Shown: positions 51,123 through 60,509 of the stretch, piece after piece
Layout of the letters: the number at the start of each line of letters is the position of its first letter
Position numbering within the stretch: the first letter of the stretch is position 1
DNA from: an uncultured Pseudomonadota bacterium
GTDB lineage: Bacteria; Oederibacteriota; Muellerivitia; Muellerivitales; Muellerivitaceae
DNA length: 64,000 nucleotides
Direction of reading: 5' to 3'
Assembly (NCBI GenBank): GCA_963843375.1
Contig: CAWJKT010000004.1
Span: 384,001 to 448,000, forward strand
The notes under the pieces: model-generated
What the model was told of the DNA's origin: nothing
The model's database searches: none
Seen by the model: only the letters and a program-made list of their open reading frames with translations
Translations under genes and position numbers: made by a program

Positions 51123-52751
51123 ATGCGCGTTGAAGACCTGGACTTAAAAGAATTATTGGAGTTGGACCCGGGCGGGGGAATGGTTCATTTCGCGGGGCAG
51201 AGAGCCTTGATCTTTGATGCCGTGGCCCAGGGACTCCTCCGTAAGGAACTCATCGATGCTTATGGTGAAAGAACGGCCAGGGGTATTCTCAGTCGTTTCG
51301 GATATATCCACGGTAGGCGTCTGGCGGTAGCCTTGAAATCCAAATTCAAATGGGACACCGCAGAAGAATGGCAGAAAGCGGGAGCCAGGATTTTGGCACT
51401 TCAGGGTCTTTTTATGTTAGATCCTAACAGTCCCAATGCTTTCGGCCCCGAAGGTGGGACTTGGCGCGTTTCCTATGAAGCCGAACAACATATTCTTTTG
51501 AAGGGCCGTTCGGATAAGTCAGTCTGTTGGAACCTTTGCGGGATGATCAGCGGTTACTTGAGCTTCTGCTTGGACAAGGAAATGTACGCTCTGGAGGATA
51601 AGTGCATCGGAAAGGGCGATACGGCCTGCCATGTGGTGATCAAGTCCGAGGAAGAATGGGGAGACGAGGTTGACGGTGAATTGGCAGTTTTCAAGCGGGT
51701 GGGGATTGACGAAGCCTTGCGAGACGTTACTACCATCCTTAAACGAACGGAAAGCGAATTGCAGGAGAGAACCCGCAAGCTAACGGTCATCGCCAAAATC
51801 GAGGAGGATCCGGCCGAACTTTTGGCTCGAAGTCCTGAAATGCGTAACTTAATGGAACTGGCTAAGACCATTGCTGCCATTGACTCCACGGTATTGATTA
51901 CTGGGGAGAGCGGAACGGGGAAAGAAAGAGTGGCGCGCTTTGTCCACGATCATTCGCCACACGCGGCGGGCCCATTTATTGCCGTGAACTGCGGAGCTAT
52001 CACCGAGACCCTATTGGAAAGCGAACTTTTTGGCCATGCTCGGGGTTCTTTTACGGGCGCCACGTCGGATCGTCCGGGACTTTTTGAAGCTGCCAATGGC
52101 GGGACTCTTTTCCTTGATGAGGTTGGCGAGATCACACTTCCCATGCAGGTGAAGCTCCTTCGGGCGCTTCAGGAAAGAGAAGTGCGGCGGGTTGGCGAGA
52201 ACAAAAGCCGCCCCATCAATGTTCGCATCGTTAGCGCGACCAATAAGAACCTTAAGGTCGAGGTGGCGGAGAAAAGATTCCGGGAAGACCTTTATTATCG
52301 CCTGAACGTGGTGGAACTGGCCGTTCCTCCCCTGCGCAAGCGCCGGGAAGATATCCTACCCCTCGCACGCCTGCTTCTTGCGGAATCCGCGATCCAAATG
52401 AAAAGAGACGTCGACGGCTTGACTGCCGCGACGGCGGACCAACTGATCAGTTACGCCTGGCCTGGGAACGTGCGCGAACTGGCGAATGCCATGGAGCGAG
52501 CGGTCGCAGTGGCCAAGACGAACCGCGTTGATCTGGAGGATCTTCCTCCCGAAGTGTTAATGAAAATGCCACTGGTTTCCGACAAAGGCATTCCACGGTT
52601 TTTAAAGGATGTGGAGAAGGATTGTATCCTTGGGGCGTTGGAAAAGACGGAGGGGAACCGAAGAAAAGCCGCCGATATGATGGGTGTGGGTGTGGCGACA
52701 CTCTATCGTAAACTCAAGGCCTATAAATTGTTGGATCGGGTGAAAGATTAG
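51123..52751 (+). CDS. XylR/DmpR-type sigma54-dependent activator (XylR_N + V4R + AAA+ + HTH)
   Basis: LRKELI..G, SYEAE, C...G..SG...E.KC..KGD..C; GESGTGKE, ESELFGH, GSFTGA, FLDE, WPGNVREL, TLYRKLK. Confidence 0.95.
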   Translation: MRVEDLDLKELLELDPGGGMVHFAGQRALIFDAVAQGLLRKELIDAYGERTARGILSRFGYIHGRRLAVALKSKFKWDTAEEWQKAGARILALQGLFMLDPNSPNAFGPEGGTWRVSYEAEQHILLKGRSDKSVCWNLCGMISGYLSFCLDKEMYALEDKCIGKGDTACHVVIKSEEEWGDEVDGELAVFKRVGIDEALRDVTTILKRTESELQERTRKLTVIAKIEEDPAELLARSPEMRNLMELAKTIAAIDSTVLITGESGTGKERVARFVHDHSPHAAGPFIAVNCGAITETLLESELFGHARGSFTGATSDRPGLFEAANGGTLFLDEVGEITLPMQVKLLRALQEREVRRVGENKSRPINVRIVSATNKNLKVEVAEKRFREDLYYRLNVVELAVPPLRKRREDILPLARLLLAESAIQMKRDVDGLTAATADQLISYAWPGNVRELANAMERAVAVAKTNRVDLEDLPPEVLMKMPLVSDKGIPRFLKDVEKDCILGALEKTEGNRRKAADMMGVGVATLYRKLKAYKLLDRVKD

Positions 52752-52783
52752 GAACTTCGCTCAGCTAAAAAGAAAATCAATAA

Positions 52784-53482
52784 TTACGCCAAGTCAAAGA
52801 GAAGAATTTCGGTTGGCTCTATTGAGGTAAAAGAAACGCAAATTTCGCCAGAAAAACCGGCTCCATCTCCGGCTTTAAGATTTAGTTCATTTAGTGTAAT
52901 CCGGCCTTTGACCACATGAAGCCAGGCTCTCCTTCCAGGCTTCAATTCATGAATCATGTGGTTTCCCTTATGAATCAGCGTGGAATACATTTGGACGTCC
53001 TGTTGTATTTTGAGGGAATCCTCTTTTCCGTCAGATGAGGCGATAAGCCTTAGGATCCCTTTGCGCTCGGCTAGGGTGAAAAATTTTTTGCTTCCTTTTG
53101 CTTCCATCACCCCGGTACCGAGGGTAAAGCCGCTTTGGAAAACATGCGCGTCCTCGGAAGAGGAAAGATCATATGCGGAAAGTTTTGTGCCAGAGGTGGC
53201 TTTGACTCGGTGAAATTCTTGGGCCCTCAGCAATTCGGGATTTTCAAAAAGTCCTTTATATACTATAAGGCCTTCGTGGACATAACTGACGACGACCATA
53301 TCCTCGTGTGTGTGTAGGATGAATCCATGGCCTGGTGAAAGGATTTCCTCGTTGAATATCTTGAGTGATCCAAAACCTTCTTTGAGAGGATCGAACTTAT
53401 TTTCCCAGTCGAAAGTCAACCAAGTGCTTTGATTCTCGTTGGAGATATGGCGCCGTTCTTCCGATTTTCTGACCGTGATCAT
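52784..53482 (-). CDS. pirin-family (YhhW-like) protein with altered metal site
   Basis: GFGSL..FNEE...PG.GF..HTH, IASSDG..SL.IQQD, GDGA, EILLFDL. Confidence 0.85.
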   Translation of the reverse strand: MITVRKSEERRHISNENQSTWLTFDWENKFDPLKEGFGSLKIFNEEILSPGHGFILHTHEDMVVVSYVHEGLIVYKGLFENPELLRAQEFHRVKATSGTKLSAYDLSSSEDAHVFQSGFTLGTGVMEAKGSKKFFTLAERKGILRLIASSDGKEDSLKIQQDVQMYSTLIHKGNHMIHELKPGRRAWLHVVKGRITLNELNLKAGDGAGFSGEICVSFTSIEPTEILLFDLA

Positions 53483-53548
53483 TATTTCCCCCAGGGTGCC
53501 GTTCAACTGGTCCACTTCATGAAATGTGGCTTTCGAAGCAGACCGTTT

Positions 53549-53578
53549 CAACCCAACCCAACCCAACCCAACCCAACC
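53549..53578. repeat. simple sequence repeat (CAACC)6
   Basis: Six perfect pentamers. Confidence 0.9.
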
Positions 53579-53638
53579 ACTCAGGGGCTTAAATTCCATC
53601 GAAGAGAGATGTCCGCAAAATGATTAAGAAGTAAATGA

Positions 53639-53654
53639 TGCAAATAACACGCCA
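53639..53654 (-). promoter_or_regulatory. sigma54 -24/-12 promoter of pirin gene
   Basis: TGGCGTGTTATTTGCA. Confidence 0.75.
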
Positions 53655-53706
53655 ACAGCTTCTGGTTTCTTTTATCTGCTTTTTTGATGATTGAGATTGC
53701 CGAAGG

Positions 53707-53740
53707 TGTCAAAACGAGAAAAAAGAATATCGTTTTGATC
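53707..53740. promoter_or_regulatory. paired upstream activator motif, copy 2
   Basis: TGTCAAAACGAGA-N8-TATCGTTTTGATC. Confidence 0.7.
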
Positions 53741-53889
53741 TATCCGAGGTTCACCCATTGTGAGGCGGTCAGGATTTCAATGAGCCATGAGGGTGTCAAT
53801 TAACCTCTTTACTGTTAGGAGGATGATTTCCTCATGTTGGGGATAGCTGGAAACTCTTACAGAAATGTTTTCTGCGATTCTTTGAGCTT

Positions 53890-54585
53890 TCAAAGCTTAT
53901 CCATCCAATCTTTCAGGAACTCAGCATTTTTAACCATAATTTTTCTGTTTCCAGACGTAATAAGTCCCGCATTTTTTAAGCGAGAGAAGGTGCGGATACA
54001 AGTTTCCACGGAAGTTCCCGCCATGGAGGCGATGAGCTTTCGGGTTAACGGGATGGTGTCACCGAATTCTACCCCCATTTCCACTAGGACTTGGAGGAGG
54101 CGTTTCTCCGCGCTTTCCTGTGAAAGAATTTGCCTGTTCCTGGATTGGCGCAGTAATTTTGCGATTTCTGAAACGACGATCCTGCCCATCTCGGGGTACT
54201 TTCCCATGAGCGACTGGAAACTCCTGATGGGGAAGGACAATACGGTTGCGTCGCTTTCGGCCATGCAATCAAAGCCATAACTTCCGCCATTAAAGGCGGA
54301 TATCCCGAATAGACCCTTGGCTCCCACCATACAGAGGGTGGTATGCCGTCCCTCCTCCGAATGGTGGATTTCTTTAACATGGCCTTGTTTGACCAACCAG
54401 ACGAAATCCGCCTGGTCGTCCTCCCGGAAGATTGATTCCCGTCTCGCGTATTTTCTTACGAGCATATGTCTTTCGATTTCTTGGAGGTCCTCGAAAGAAG
54501 TGCTTTGGAAAATGTCCATGGTAATAAGGCGGTGCTTTTTTTCCGCCCATAAATTGACTGGCTTTATTTTCGTCATTGTTACCAT
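53890..54585 (-). CDS. Crp/Fnr family transcriptional regulator
   Basis: IFREDD, cNMP-type barrel, LTRKLIASMAGTSVETCIRTFS HTH. Confidence 0.92.
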   Translation of the reverse strand: MVTMTKIKPVNLWAEKKHRLITMDIFQSTSFEDLQEIERHMLVRKYARRESIFREDDQADFVWLVKQGHVKEIHHSEEGRHTTLCMVGAKGLFGISAFNGGSYGFDCMAESDATVLSFPIRSFQSLMGKYPEMGRIVVSEIAKLLRQSRNRQILSQESAEKRLLQVLVEMGVEFGDTIPLTRKLIASMAGTSVETCIRTFSRLKNAGLITSGNRKIMVKNAEFLKDWMDKL

Positions 54586-54615
54586 GAATCCTCCTGATGT
54601 TTTACAGCATCCTAA

Positions 54616-55683
54616 TTAGGCCTTCAGAATTACCTTCAGGGCATTTTCTTTGGCGGCGTTGCCGAAGGTGTCATAAGCCTTCATAACATCGAAGAGGGAG
54701 AAACGGTGGGTCCCCATCTTTTTGGCGTCCAGTTTTCCGGACAGCAATACCTTGAGCAGCATGGGTGTTGTTACTGTGTCAACTAGGCGGGTTGTGATAG
54801 TGATATTGCGGTCCCAAAGTTTTTCCAGGTGCAATTCTACTGATTTGCCGTGTACACCTATATTTGCAACTCTTCCGCCGGGGGCAATGATGTTTTGGCA
54901 GGTCTCAAAGGATCCAGGGGTACCGACCGCCTCAATTGCGACATCCACCCCGTTGCCGTTCGTTAATGAATGGATACGATCTTCGACCTTTTCGTTCTTA
55001 AAGTTGATGGTGTGGGTTGCCCCGAAAGAGAGGGACATTTTCAGGCGGTTTTCATCCTGGTCGATCATGATGAGGCGGCCGGGCGAATAAAATTGGGCGG
55101 TCAACAGCGCCGCCAATCCGATGGGACCGGAACCGACGATAGCCACGGTGTCCCCCGGTTTTACCTGTCCGTTTAGAACGCCGCACTCGAATCCGGTGGG
55201 GAAAATATCCGAAAGCATCACCAGAGCCTCTTCGTCGACACCGTCTGGTGCGAGATAAAGACTGTTATCGGCGTGCGGGATGCGGACATATTGGGCCTGG
55301 GTTCCGTCGATGGTATAGCCAAGGATCCAGCCGCCGTCGCGGCAGTGGGAATACATCCCCCTTTTACAGTAGTCGCATTTACCACAGGAAGTGACACATG
55401 AAATGATCACCTTGTCGCCCTTTTTGAATTGGGTGACCCCGGTTCCGACTTCCTCAATGATACCAACCCCTTCATGGCCGAGGATTCGCCCGTCGATGAC
55501 GGCCGGAAGATCCCCTTTCATGATATGAAGATCGGTTCCACAGATAGTGGAAGTGGTGACACGGATGACCGCATCCGTTGTTTTCAGGAGGAGCGGTTTT
55601 GGTTTATCCTCCCAGCTTTTTTGGCCGGGACTGTGATAAACCAAAGCCTTCATGTTGGCGGTTACTTTCTCTTCTTTGAACAT
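54616..55683 (-). CDS. zinc-dependent alcohol dehydrogenase (formaldehyde-dehydrogenase-like MDR)
   Basis: TICGTDLH, GHEG.G, CGKCDYC...C, LSDIFPTG, GSGPIG. Confidence 0.93.
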   Translation of the reverse strand: MFKEEKVTANMKALVYHSPGQKSWEDKPKPLLLKTTDAVIRVTTSTICGTDLHIMKGDLPAVIDGRILGHEGVGIIEEVGTGVTQFKKGDKVIISCVTSCGKCDYCKRGMYSHCRDGGWILGYTIDGTQAQYVRIPHADNSLYLAPDGVDEEALVMLSDIFPTGFECGVLNGQVKPGDTVAIVGSGPIGLAALLTAQFYSPGRLIMIDQDENRLKMSLSFGATHTINFKNEKVEDRIHSLTNGNGVDVAIEAVGTPGSFETCQNIIAPGGRVANIGVHGKSVELHLEKLWDRNITITTRLVDTVTTPMLLKVLLSGKLDAKKMGTHRFSLFDVMKAYDTFGNAAKENALKVILKA

Positions 55684-55776
55684 CGTTTTCTTTTTTTCCT
55701 TGGTCCTTTGTTTTATTCGTAATCGGAAAAGTGATTTCCCGCAGTGGATATACCCGAAATGATAATCGAATAAAAA

Positions 55777-55792
55777 AGCAAGAAATGAGCCA
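55777..55792 (-). promoter_or_regulatory. sigma54 -24/-12 promoter of adh-crp
   Basis: TGGCTCATTTCTTGCT. Confidence 0.75.
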
Positions 55793-55854
55793 CACAAGAG
55801 CGGGTATTTAATTTGGCTTTTTGATATTCATGATGATTAGCGCGATTTGAGTGT

Positions 55855-55889
55855 GATCAAAACGAGAGCGAAGAACGATCATTTTGATC
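55855..55889. promoter_or_regulatory. paired upstream activator motif, copy 3
   Basis: GATCAAAACGAGA-N9-GATCATTTTGATC. Confidence 0.75.
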
Positions 55890-55991
55890 GCTGTTTCTGG
55901 CCAAGCTCAGCTGAAAATCTTGTTCGTGAAAGAAATCCTTTTTTTTACAGGACGCTTGAATATTTGACGCGTTCTTTCATCCACTGCGACG

Positions 55992-56007
55992 GGGTACGAA
56001 ACTTGCT
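55992..56007 (+). promoter_or_regulatory. sigma54 -24/-12 promoter of rhodanese operon
   Basis: GGGTACGAAACTTGCT. Confidence 0.7.
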
Positions 56008-56049
56008 TTGACTTTAAAGGCGAGTAAAAATTCCAAATGAGGTGAAAGC

Positions 56050-56424
56050 ATGTCCATGAGCAAGGAAGCCGTCAAAGAAAAGATAAATGATAAGAATGTT
56101 GTGATATTGGATGTCCTGCCGGAAAGCGATTACGCGAAACTCCACATTGAGGGTTCGGAAAATCTTCCGCTAGGGCTCAACGCCAGCGATTTTGCAGAGG
56201 CGGTCGAGAAAAAATATGGAAAAGAAAAGTTCTTTATTACCTATTGCGACGGTCTGACCTGCAACGCGGGTCCCGACGCGGCCAAAGCCCTACAGAAAAA
56301 AGGGTTCAAAGCGAACGACTATGCCGGTGGCATCCAGGAATGGTCGCAAGCGGGTTTTCCCATCGGGGGAACGGAAGCGAAGAATACTGCGGCATCCTCG
56401 CCACTTCCGGTCGCGCCAAAGTAA
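56050..56424 (+). CDS. rhodanese-domain protein
   Basis: ILDV...Y..HI.GS.NLP, YCDGLTC, YAGG..EW. Confidence 0.9.
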   Translation: MSMSKEAVKEKINDKNVVILDVLPESDYAKLHIEGSENLPLGLNASDFAEAVEKKYGKEKFFITYCDGLTCNAGPDAAKALQKKGFKANDYAGGIQEWSQAGFPIGGTEAKNTAASSPLPVAPK

Positions 56425-56510
56425 GTTTTTTAACCGCCGCGTTCCATTGAGGAACGGGGCTTTAATTATTACGAACATAAAAAGTCGGTTAATTCACAAA
56501 AAGAGGGATT

Positions 56511-57014
56511 ATGTTTTCGAATTTTAGAAAATCGGTATCGGTTGGGTTGATGACGGTGGGAACCCTTTTGTTGCCCTTGTGTTCTCGGGCGGACTCGGAT
56601 TATCACCCTACGAATGACAGGGGAAATTTTGGTCTGGGAGTGGAGGCTGGTGATCCGGGCGGTTGGGGCATTACAGGAAAGATTTGGGTCGATAGCGTGA
56701 ACGCTTTCGCTCCGGCTGTAAAGTTCAATGATGGCGGACCGGCCATTCTGCAATTGGATTACCTATGGCACAACTTCGACATCATCCGAATGGACAACGG
56801 CGAGATGCCCTTTTACATCGGATTGGGCGGAGATCTGCTGCTTTCCGACACCGTTCAAATCGGGGGCCGTATTCCACTGGGAATTTCCTATATTTTCGAC
56901 AAAAGGAATTTTCCGATTGATCTATATTTTCAGATCGTTCCGACCTTTTGGTTTTACGACAGCGGTGTGACTTTGGATTGGTATCCGGAAGCGGGGGCTC
57001 ATTTATACCTCTGA
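56511..57014 (+). CDS. small outer-membrane beta-barrel protein
   Basis: Signal peptide; FGLG...G...GITGK.W, DYLWH, FYIGLGG, RIPLGISY.F. Confidence 0.75.
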   Translation: MFSNFRKSVSVGLMTVGTLLLPLCSRADSDYHPTNDRGNFGLGVEAGDPGGWGITGKIWVDSVNAFAPAVKFNDGGPAILQLDYLWHNFDIIRMDNGEMPFYIGLGGDLLLSDTVQIGGRIPLGISYIFDKRNFPIDLYFQIVPTFWFYDSGVTLDWYPEAGAHLYL

Positions 57015-57034
57015 GGTAACGAAAGGGAGTGTTC

Positions 57035-57166
57035 GTGATTGCCACTCTCGCAGTTATTTTGCCGGTTTGTTGGGTGCTGGGGTTGATGACTTCAAAAACG
57101 GCGGGTGGATTTGTCCACGTTTTGTTAGTAATCGCGGTCAGTCATTTTTCGGTTCGCTATATCTGA
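57035..57166 (+). CDS. lmo0937-family small membrane protein (43 aa)
   Basis: Hand translation MIATLAVILPVCWVLGLMTSKTAGGFVHVLLVIAVSHFSVRYI*; GGGAG RBS. Confidence 0.75.
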   Translation: MIATLAVILPVCWVLGLMTSKTAGGFVHVLLVIAVSHFSVRYI

Positions 57167-57247
57167 TCAAAAGGCCGCAAGGTTTCAGGAGAATTTATAA
57201 GTAGTAGTGTCGCAAAAGTCTCAAATAATAAAGATTGAAAGAAAGAT

Positions 57248-57808
57248 ATGGATATGAAAAAGCTTACTTTAGTGATTGGTTACTTGTTTCTTTTTGCTTT
57301 TGGAAATTCGTTCGCGATAGCCGATGGAGTTGCGCCTGGATTTCCATCTCCACAAATCGGGATTGAGGGTGGGTTTAACATTGCGAGCCTGAATGGCCCG
57401 GTGGGCGACGTGTTCGCTTCCCGTCTGGGGTTCGTGGGTGGGGCTTTCCTTAATTTGCCCTTTGGACCGACCCTGGCGTTTCAGCCTGAGCTTCTTTACG
57501 AACAGAAGGGCGGGGATGTAAATGGTAATCCCTACAGGCTGAATTATATGGAAGTTCCGGTTCTCTTGGATGTTACCTTTTTGGGGCCGCTGGGTATTCT
57601 TTTGGGGCCTGCATTTGCCGCCAATGTGGACAATGAGGGCGTGAGTAATCCCAATAGCACGGACGTGGGTCTGATTCTGGGCGCTCAATTGGATTTCTCC
57701 CGCTTTCTCCTCAGTGGTCGCTATGAAGTGGGACTGACTGATGTGAGTTCCAGCCAAAATATCCAAAACGGAACCTTCACCTTTCTGGCGGGATTTTCGT
57801 TTATTTAA
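57248..57808 (+). CDS. outer-membrane beta-barrel (porin family) protein
   Basis: G..GGFN.A, FQPELLYEQKG, LNYMEVPVLL, RYE.GL, aromatic C-terminus. Confidence 0.85.
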   Translation: MDMKKLTLVIGYLFLFAFGNSFAIADGVAPGFPSPQIGIEGGFNIASLNGPVGDVFASRLGFVGGAFLNLPFGPTLAFQPELLYEQKGGDVNGNPYRLNYMEVPVLLDVTFLGPLGILLGPAFAANVDNEGVSNPNSTDVGLILGAQLDFSRFLLSGRYEVGLTDVSSSQNIQNGTFTFLAGFSFI

Positions 57809-57882
57809 AGAGAAACCTTGATTGGATAAATATTTTTGGATCGTGGAAGCGCACGATCCAATCATTAAAAAGGGGAAGGAAA

Positions 57883-58483
57883 ATGTACACCGCTAAAAAC
57901 TACGACCGGTTGTTGGGGCTCCGAGGGTTCAGCGACAAATTGCTCAAAGCCCATTTCAAGCTCTATGAGGGATACGTCGTCCACATCAATAAAATGATGG
58001 ATTTTTTAAAGGGAGCGGATAAGGAGACACAGGCCTATGACGAAGTCAAAAGAAGGTTCGCCTGGGAGTTCAACGGCATGCGGCTCCACGAGGCCTATTT
58101 CGGGAATATGACAACGAAATTTGATGAACTGGATCCGGACTCGGATTTAGGGCGCCCAGATCACTTCGTCATTCGGTTCGATGGAGGCCTGGAAGAAGGA
58201 TTTCAAGGCGGTCTCCAGCATGCGGGGCATCGGCTGGGCGGTTTTGGCTTGGGACCCGGAAGGGCAAAAACTCTTCAACGTTTGGATCAATGAGCACGAC
58301 GTAGGACACCTTTTTTATTGCATCTCCCTCTTGGTCAACGACGTCTTCGAGCATGCCTACATTGCGGATTACGGCTCAGAGCGGAAAGATTATATAGAGG
58401 CCTTTATGAAAGTGATTGACTGGACAGAAGTGCAAAAAAGATTTTCCGGAGTGGTCAAGTTGACTATTTCCCATGACTATTAA
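57883..58483 (+). CDS. Fe/Mn superoxide dismutase family protein (extra base near 58155)
   Basis: AHFKLYEGYV, LHEAYF, FGSMEAW, GIGW, DVFEHAY. Confidence 0.88.
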
Positions 58484-58763
58484 TCTTGAGGGGAATTGGA
58501 CCATCAAAAACTCAAGATCTTTTTCCAAAAGGAAAAACGTGGTTGATTCTTTGACGACGGGGGAAAGAGAGGTTGCGGCGGCTCTTTTGGCCCCCGGTTT
58601 AGTCGAGGGGAATTACCGCTATGACGCCACGACCGATCGGACTGAAATTCTATGGAAATGCTTGAAGTGCGGTGAACTTAAGCCTCGAATCAAATGGGTC
58701 CTAGGCCCTTGTCCCTCCTGTGGCGCCCCGAAATCCCAGTTTGTACTGGTGGATGAAGATTGA
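58473..58763 (+). CDS. rubredoxin-like CxxC protein (start uncertain)
   Basis: WKCLKCG...CPSCGAPKSQF. Confidence 0.65.
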   Translation: MTINLEGNWTIKNSRSFSKRKNVVDSLTTGEREVAAALLAPGLVEGNYRYDATTDRTEILWKCLKCGELKPRIKWVLGPCPSCGAPKSQFVLVDED

Positions 58764-58985
58764 TCCTAAAAACCATAAAAAACTATAACCAAATTTTTCT
58801 GGCCGCGCAGGCCAGTTCCGTTGCGAAGGTACCGCGGGTGGCGCCCGGTTCGGTGCCGCCCAAACTGAAAAAATATTTTTTGAATAAGAAGGGCCCCCGA
58901 AAAACAGCAAAAACCAATCACATCATTTGATTCGATTTCAAAAGTTTATTAAAAGCATCAAAAATTTAAATAAAAGGGGTGTTTT

Positions 58986-59570
58986 ATGTATCCGACCAAA
59001 GGTGTTTTAGCCGAAAAAGAAGCGATGGAGAAACCTATTTATCCTTTCAAACAGGATTCGAACGTAGAAGGCGGCAAAGGAAGGTCCATATACCCAACCA
59101 AAAATAGCCTTCCCGAAAGCGTCAGAATTCAAATTACAACGCTGTTGCAGGAACGCCTCGTCGACTCGATCGACCTGACACTTCAAGCCAAACAAGCCCA
59201 TTGGAACGTGAAGGGGCCCAACTTCATCGCTTTACATGAACTATTTGATAAAGTCGCAGAAGACGCAGAAACCTATGTGGATCTGATCGCGGAAAGAATT
59301 ATACAACTGGGCGGGGTCGCCGTGGGAACGCGGGGTCCGGTGGGAAAAAATTCAACACTGCCCGAATATCCGGTGACCATTTCCAGCGGCAAAGAGCATG
59401 TAGCGGCTATGTCCCATGCTTTGGCTTACTTTGGGGAATCGGTCCGTAAGGCCATCGGTCAAGCCACAGAGATAAACGATGCAGGTACTGCGGACATCCT
59501 CACGCAGATTTCACGAGCGGCGGATAAATTTTTGTGGTTCGTGGAAGCCCATGGCCAAGCTGCCCATTGA
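58986..59570 (+). CDS. dps: DNA protection during starvation protein
   Basis: KQAHWNVKGPNFIALHELFD, DLIAERI..LGG, LWFVEAH. Confidence 0.95.
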   Translation: MYPTKGVLAEKEAMEKPIYPFKQDSNVEGGKGRSIYPTKNSLPESVRIQITTLLQERLVDSIDLTLQAKQAHWNVKGPNFIALHELFDKVAEDAETYVDLIAERIIQLGGVAVGTRGPVGKNSTLPEYPVTISSGKEHVAAMSHALAYFGESVRKAIGQATEINDAGTADILTQISRAADKFLWFVEAHGQAAH

Positions 59571-59591
59571 TCAGGTGCGCACATTTCCGAA

Positions 59592-59607
59592 CGGCACGTT
59601 CCTTGCC
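59592..59607 (+). promoter_or_regulatory. sigma54 -24/-12 promoter
   Basis: CGGCACGTTCCTTGCC, near consensus. Confidence 0.7.
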
Positions 59608-59821
59608 TTAACCTTGTCTTGTTGATGCAGTCGAAAGGGCTGGCCTGAACCAAGAGCCAGCGCTTTACTTTGAGTTGGAGGTATTGAATGAAGTTAAGAA
59701 ATCTAGGTTTTTTATCGCTTTTGTTGGTGTTGTTTTCAACGTTTGGGTAGTGACTCATTTTGAATTCTTCATTGGCTTTTAAGAGCTTTTGCTTCAATCC
59801 TGCTCGCTGTATAATTCTCAC

Positions 59822-60067
59822 ATGCCAAGAGGACCACAAGGACAACAACGACCTGCTGACGTGATTGGAGCCGCCGTCATGGTGGCGAAAATAGCCACGG
59901 GTCAAATCATAGACTCAAAGCCGCTTGAAGGGTTGGAGTATGCCCAACGTGGTGGCCGTTTAGGTGGACGTAACCGAGCCAAACAGTTATCAGCCAAAAA
60001 ACGAACCGCAATTGCCAAGAAAGCCGCAAAAGCACGCTGGAATAAGAAGCCAAAACGTCACACGTAG
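59822..60067 (+). CDS. small basic protein inside the IS
   Basis: MPRGPQGQQRPADVIGAAVMVAKIATG...GG..GG..RA..LS...R..IAKKAA.ARW. Confidence 0.8.
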   Translation: MPRGPQGQQRPADVIGAAVMVAKIATGQIIDSKPLEGLEYAQRGGRLGGRNRAKQLSAKKRTAIAKKAAKARWNKKPKRHT

Positions 60068-60166
60068 CCATTAGGCCCATGATTGCACAGATAAGCGCTT
60101 TTCCTTAACTTTCATAACCGATAAATTAACTCCTAAACTCGTAAAAATAATCAGAAATAAGGCCTT

Positions 60167-60421
60167 TTACGTCCATTTTTGGCCCTTAATTTTATTGTCT
60201 TTATTTGGGTTTTGTTGATAATTGCGGATTAGGAGGTTTAAAGAGATGAAAAGAGCTAGATAGCCGTATCTAGCTGAGATGCGGCGACAAAAAGAAGGGG
60301 GAAGGTGAAACCGACTTCGCGAGAAGGACACCAACCCCCACTCAGCTACAAACTGAGTGAACATTATTCCTTCCTGTTTTATTCCGCAACAATAAAATTT
60401 TTTAATTTTCTTTTCATTCAT
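60167..60421 (-). CDS. AT-rich passenger ORF, possibly degraded
   Basis: 84 aa with AAGGG RBS; hydrophobic in-frame continuation past the TAA. Confidence 0.35.
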   Translation of the reverse strand: MNEKKIKKFYCCGIKQEGIMFTQFVAEWGLVSFSRSRFHLPPSFCRRISARYGYLALFISLNLLIRNYQQNPNKDNKIKGQKWT

Positions 60422-60471
60422 AAATCCCTTTTTTCATTAAGGTTTTAATCATAATTACAAAATGAACTATT

Positions 60472-60503
60472 TGCTTGACACTCAAGCATAAAATATTTAT
60501 ACT
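60472..60503 (+). promoter_or_regulatory. sigma70 promoter of transposase overlapped by a palindrome
   Basis: TTGACA-N17-TATACT; TGCTTGA-cac-TCAAGCA at 60472-60488. Confidence 0.8.
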
Positions 60504-60509
60504 ATGCCA

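Noticed and set aside
51123..52751. Aromatic degradation cluster implied by the XylR-like regulator
   Set aside because: No hydroxylase or ring-cleavage genes in the window
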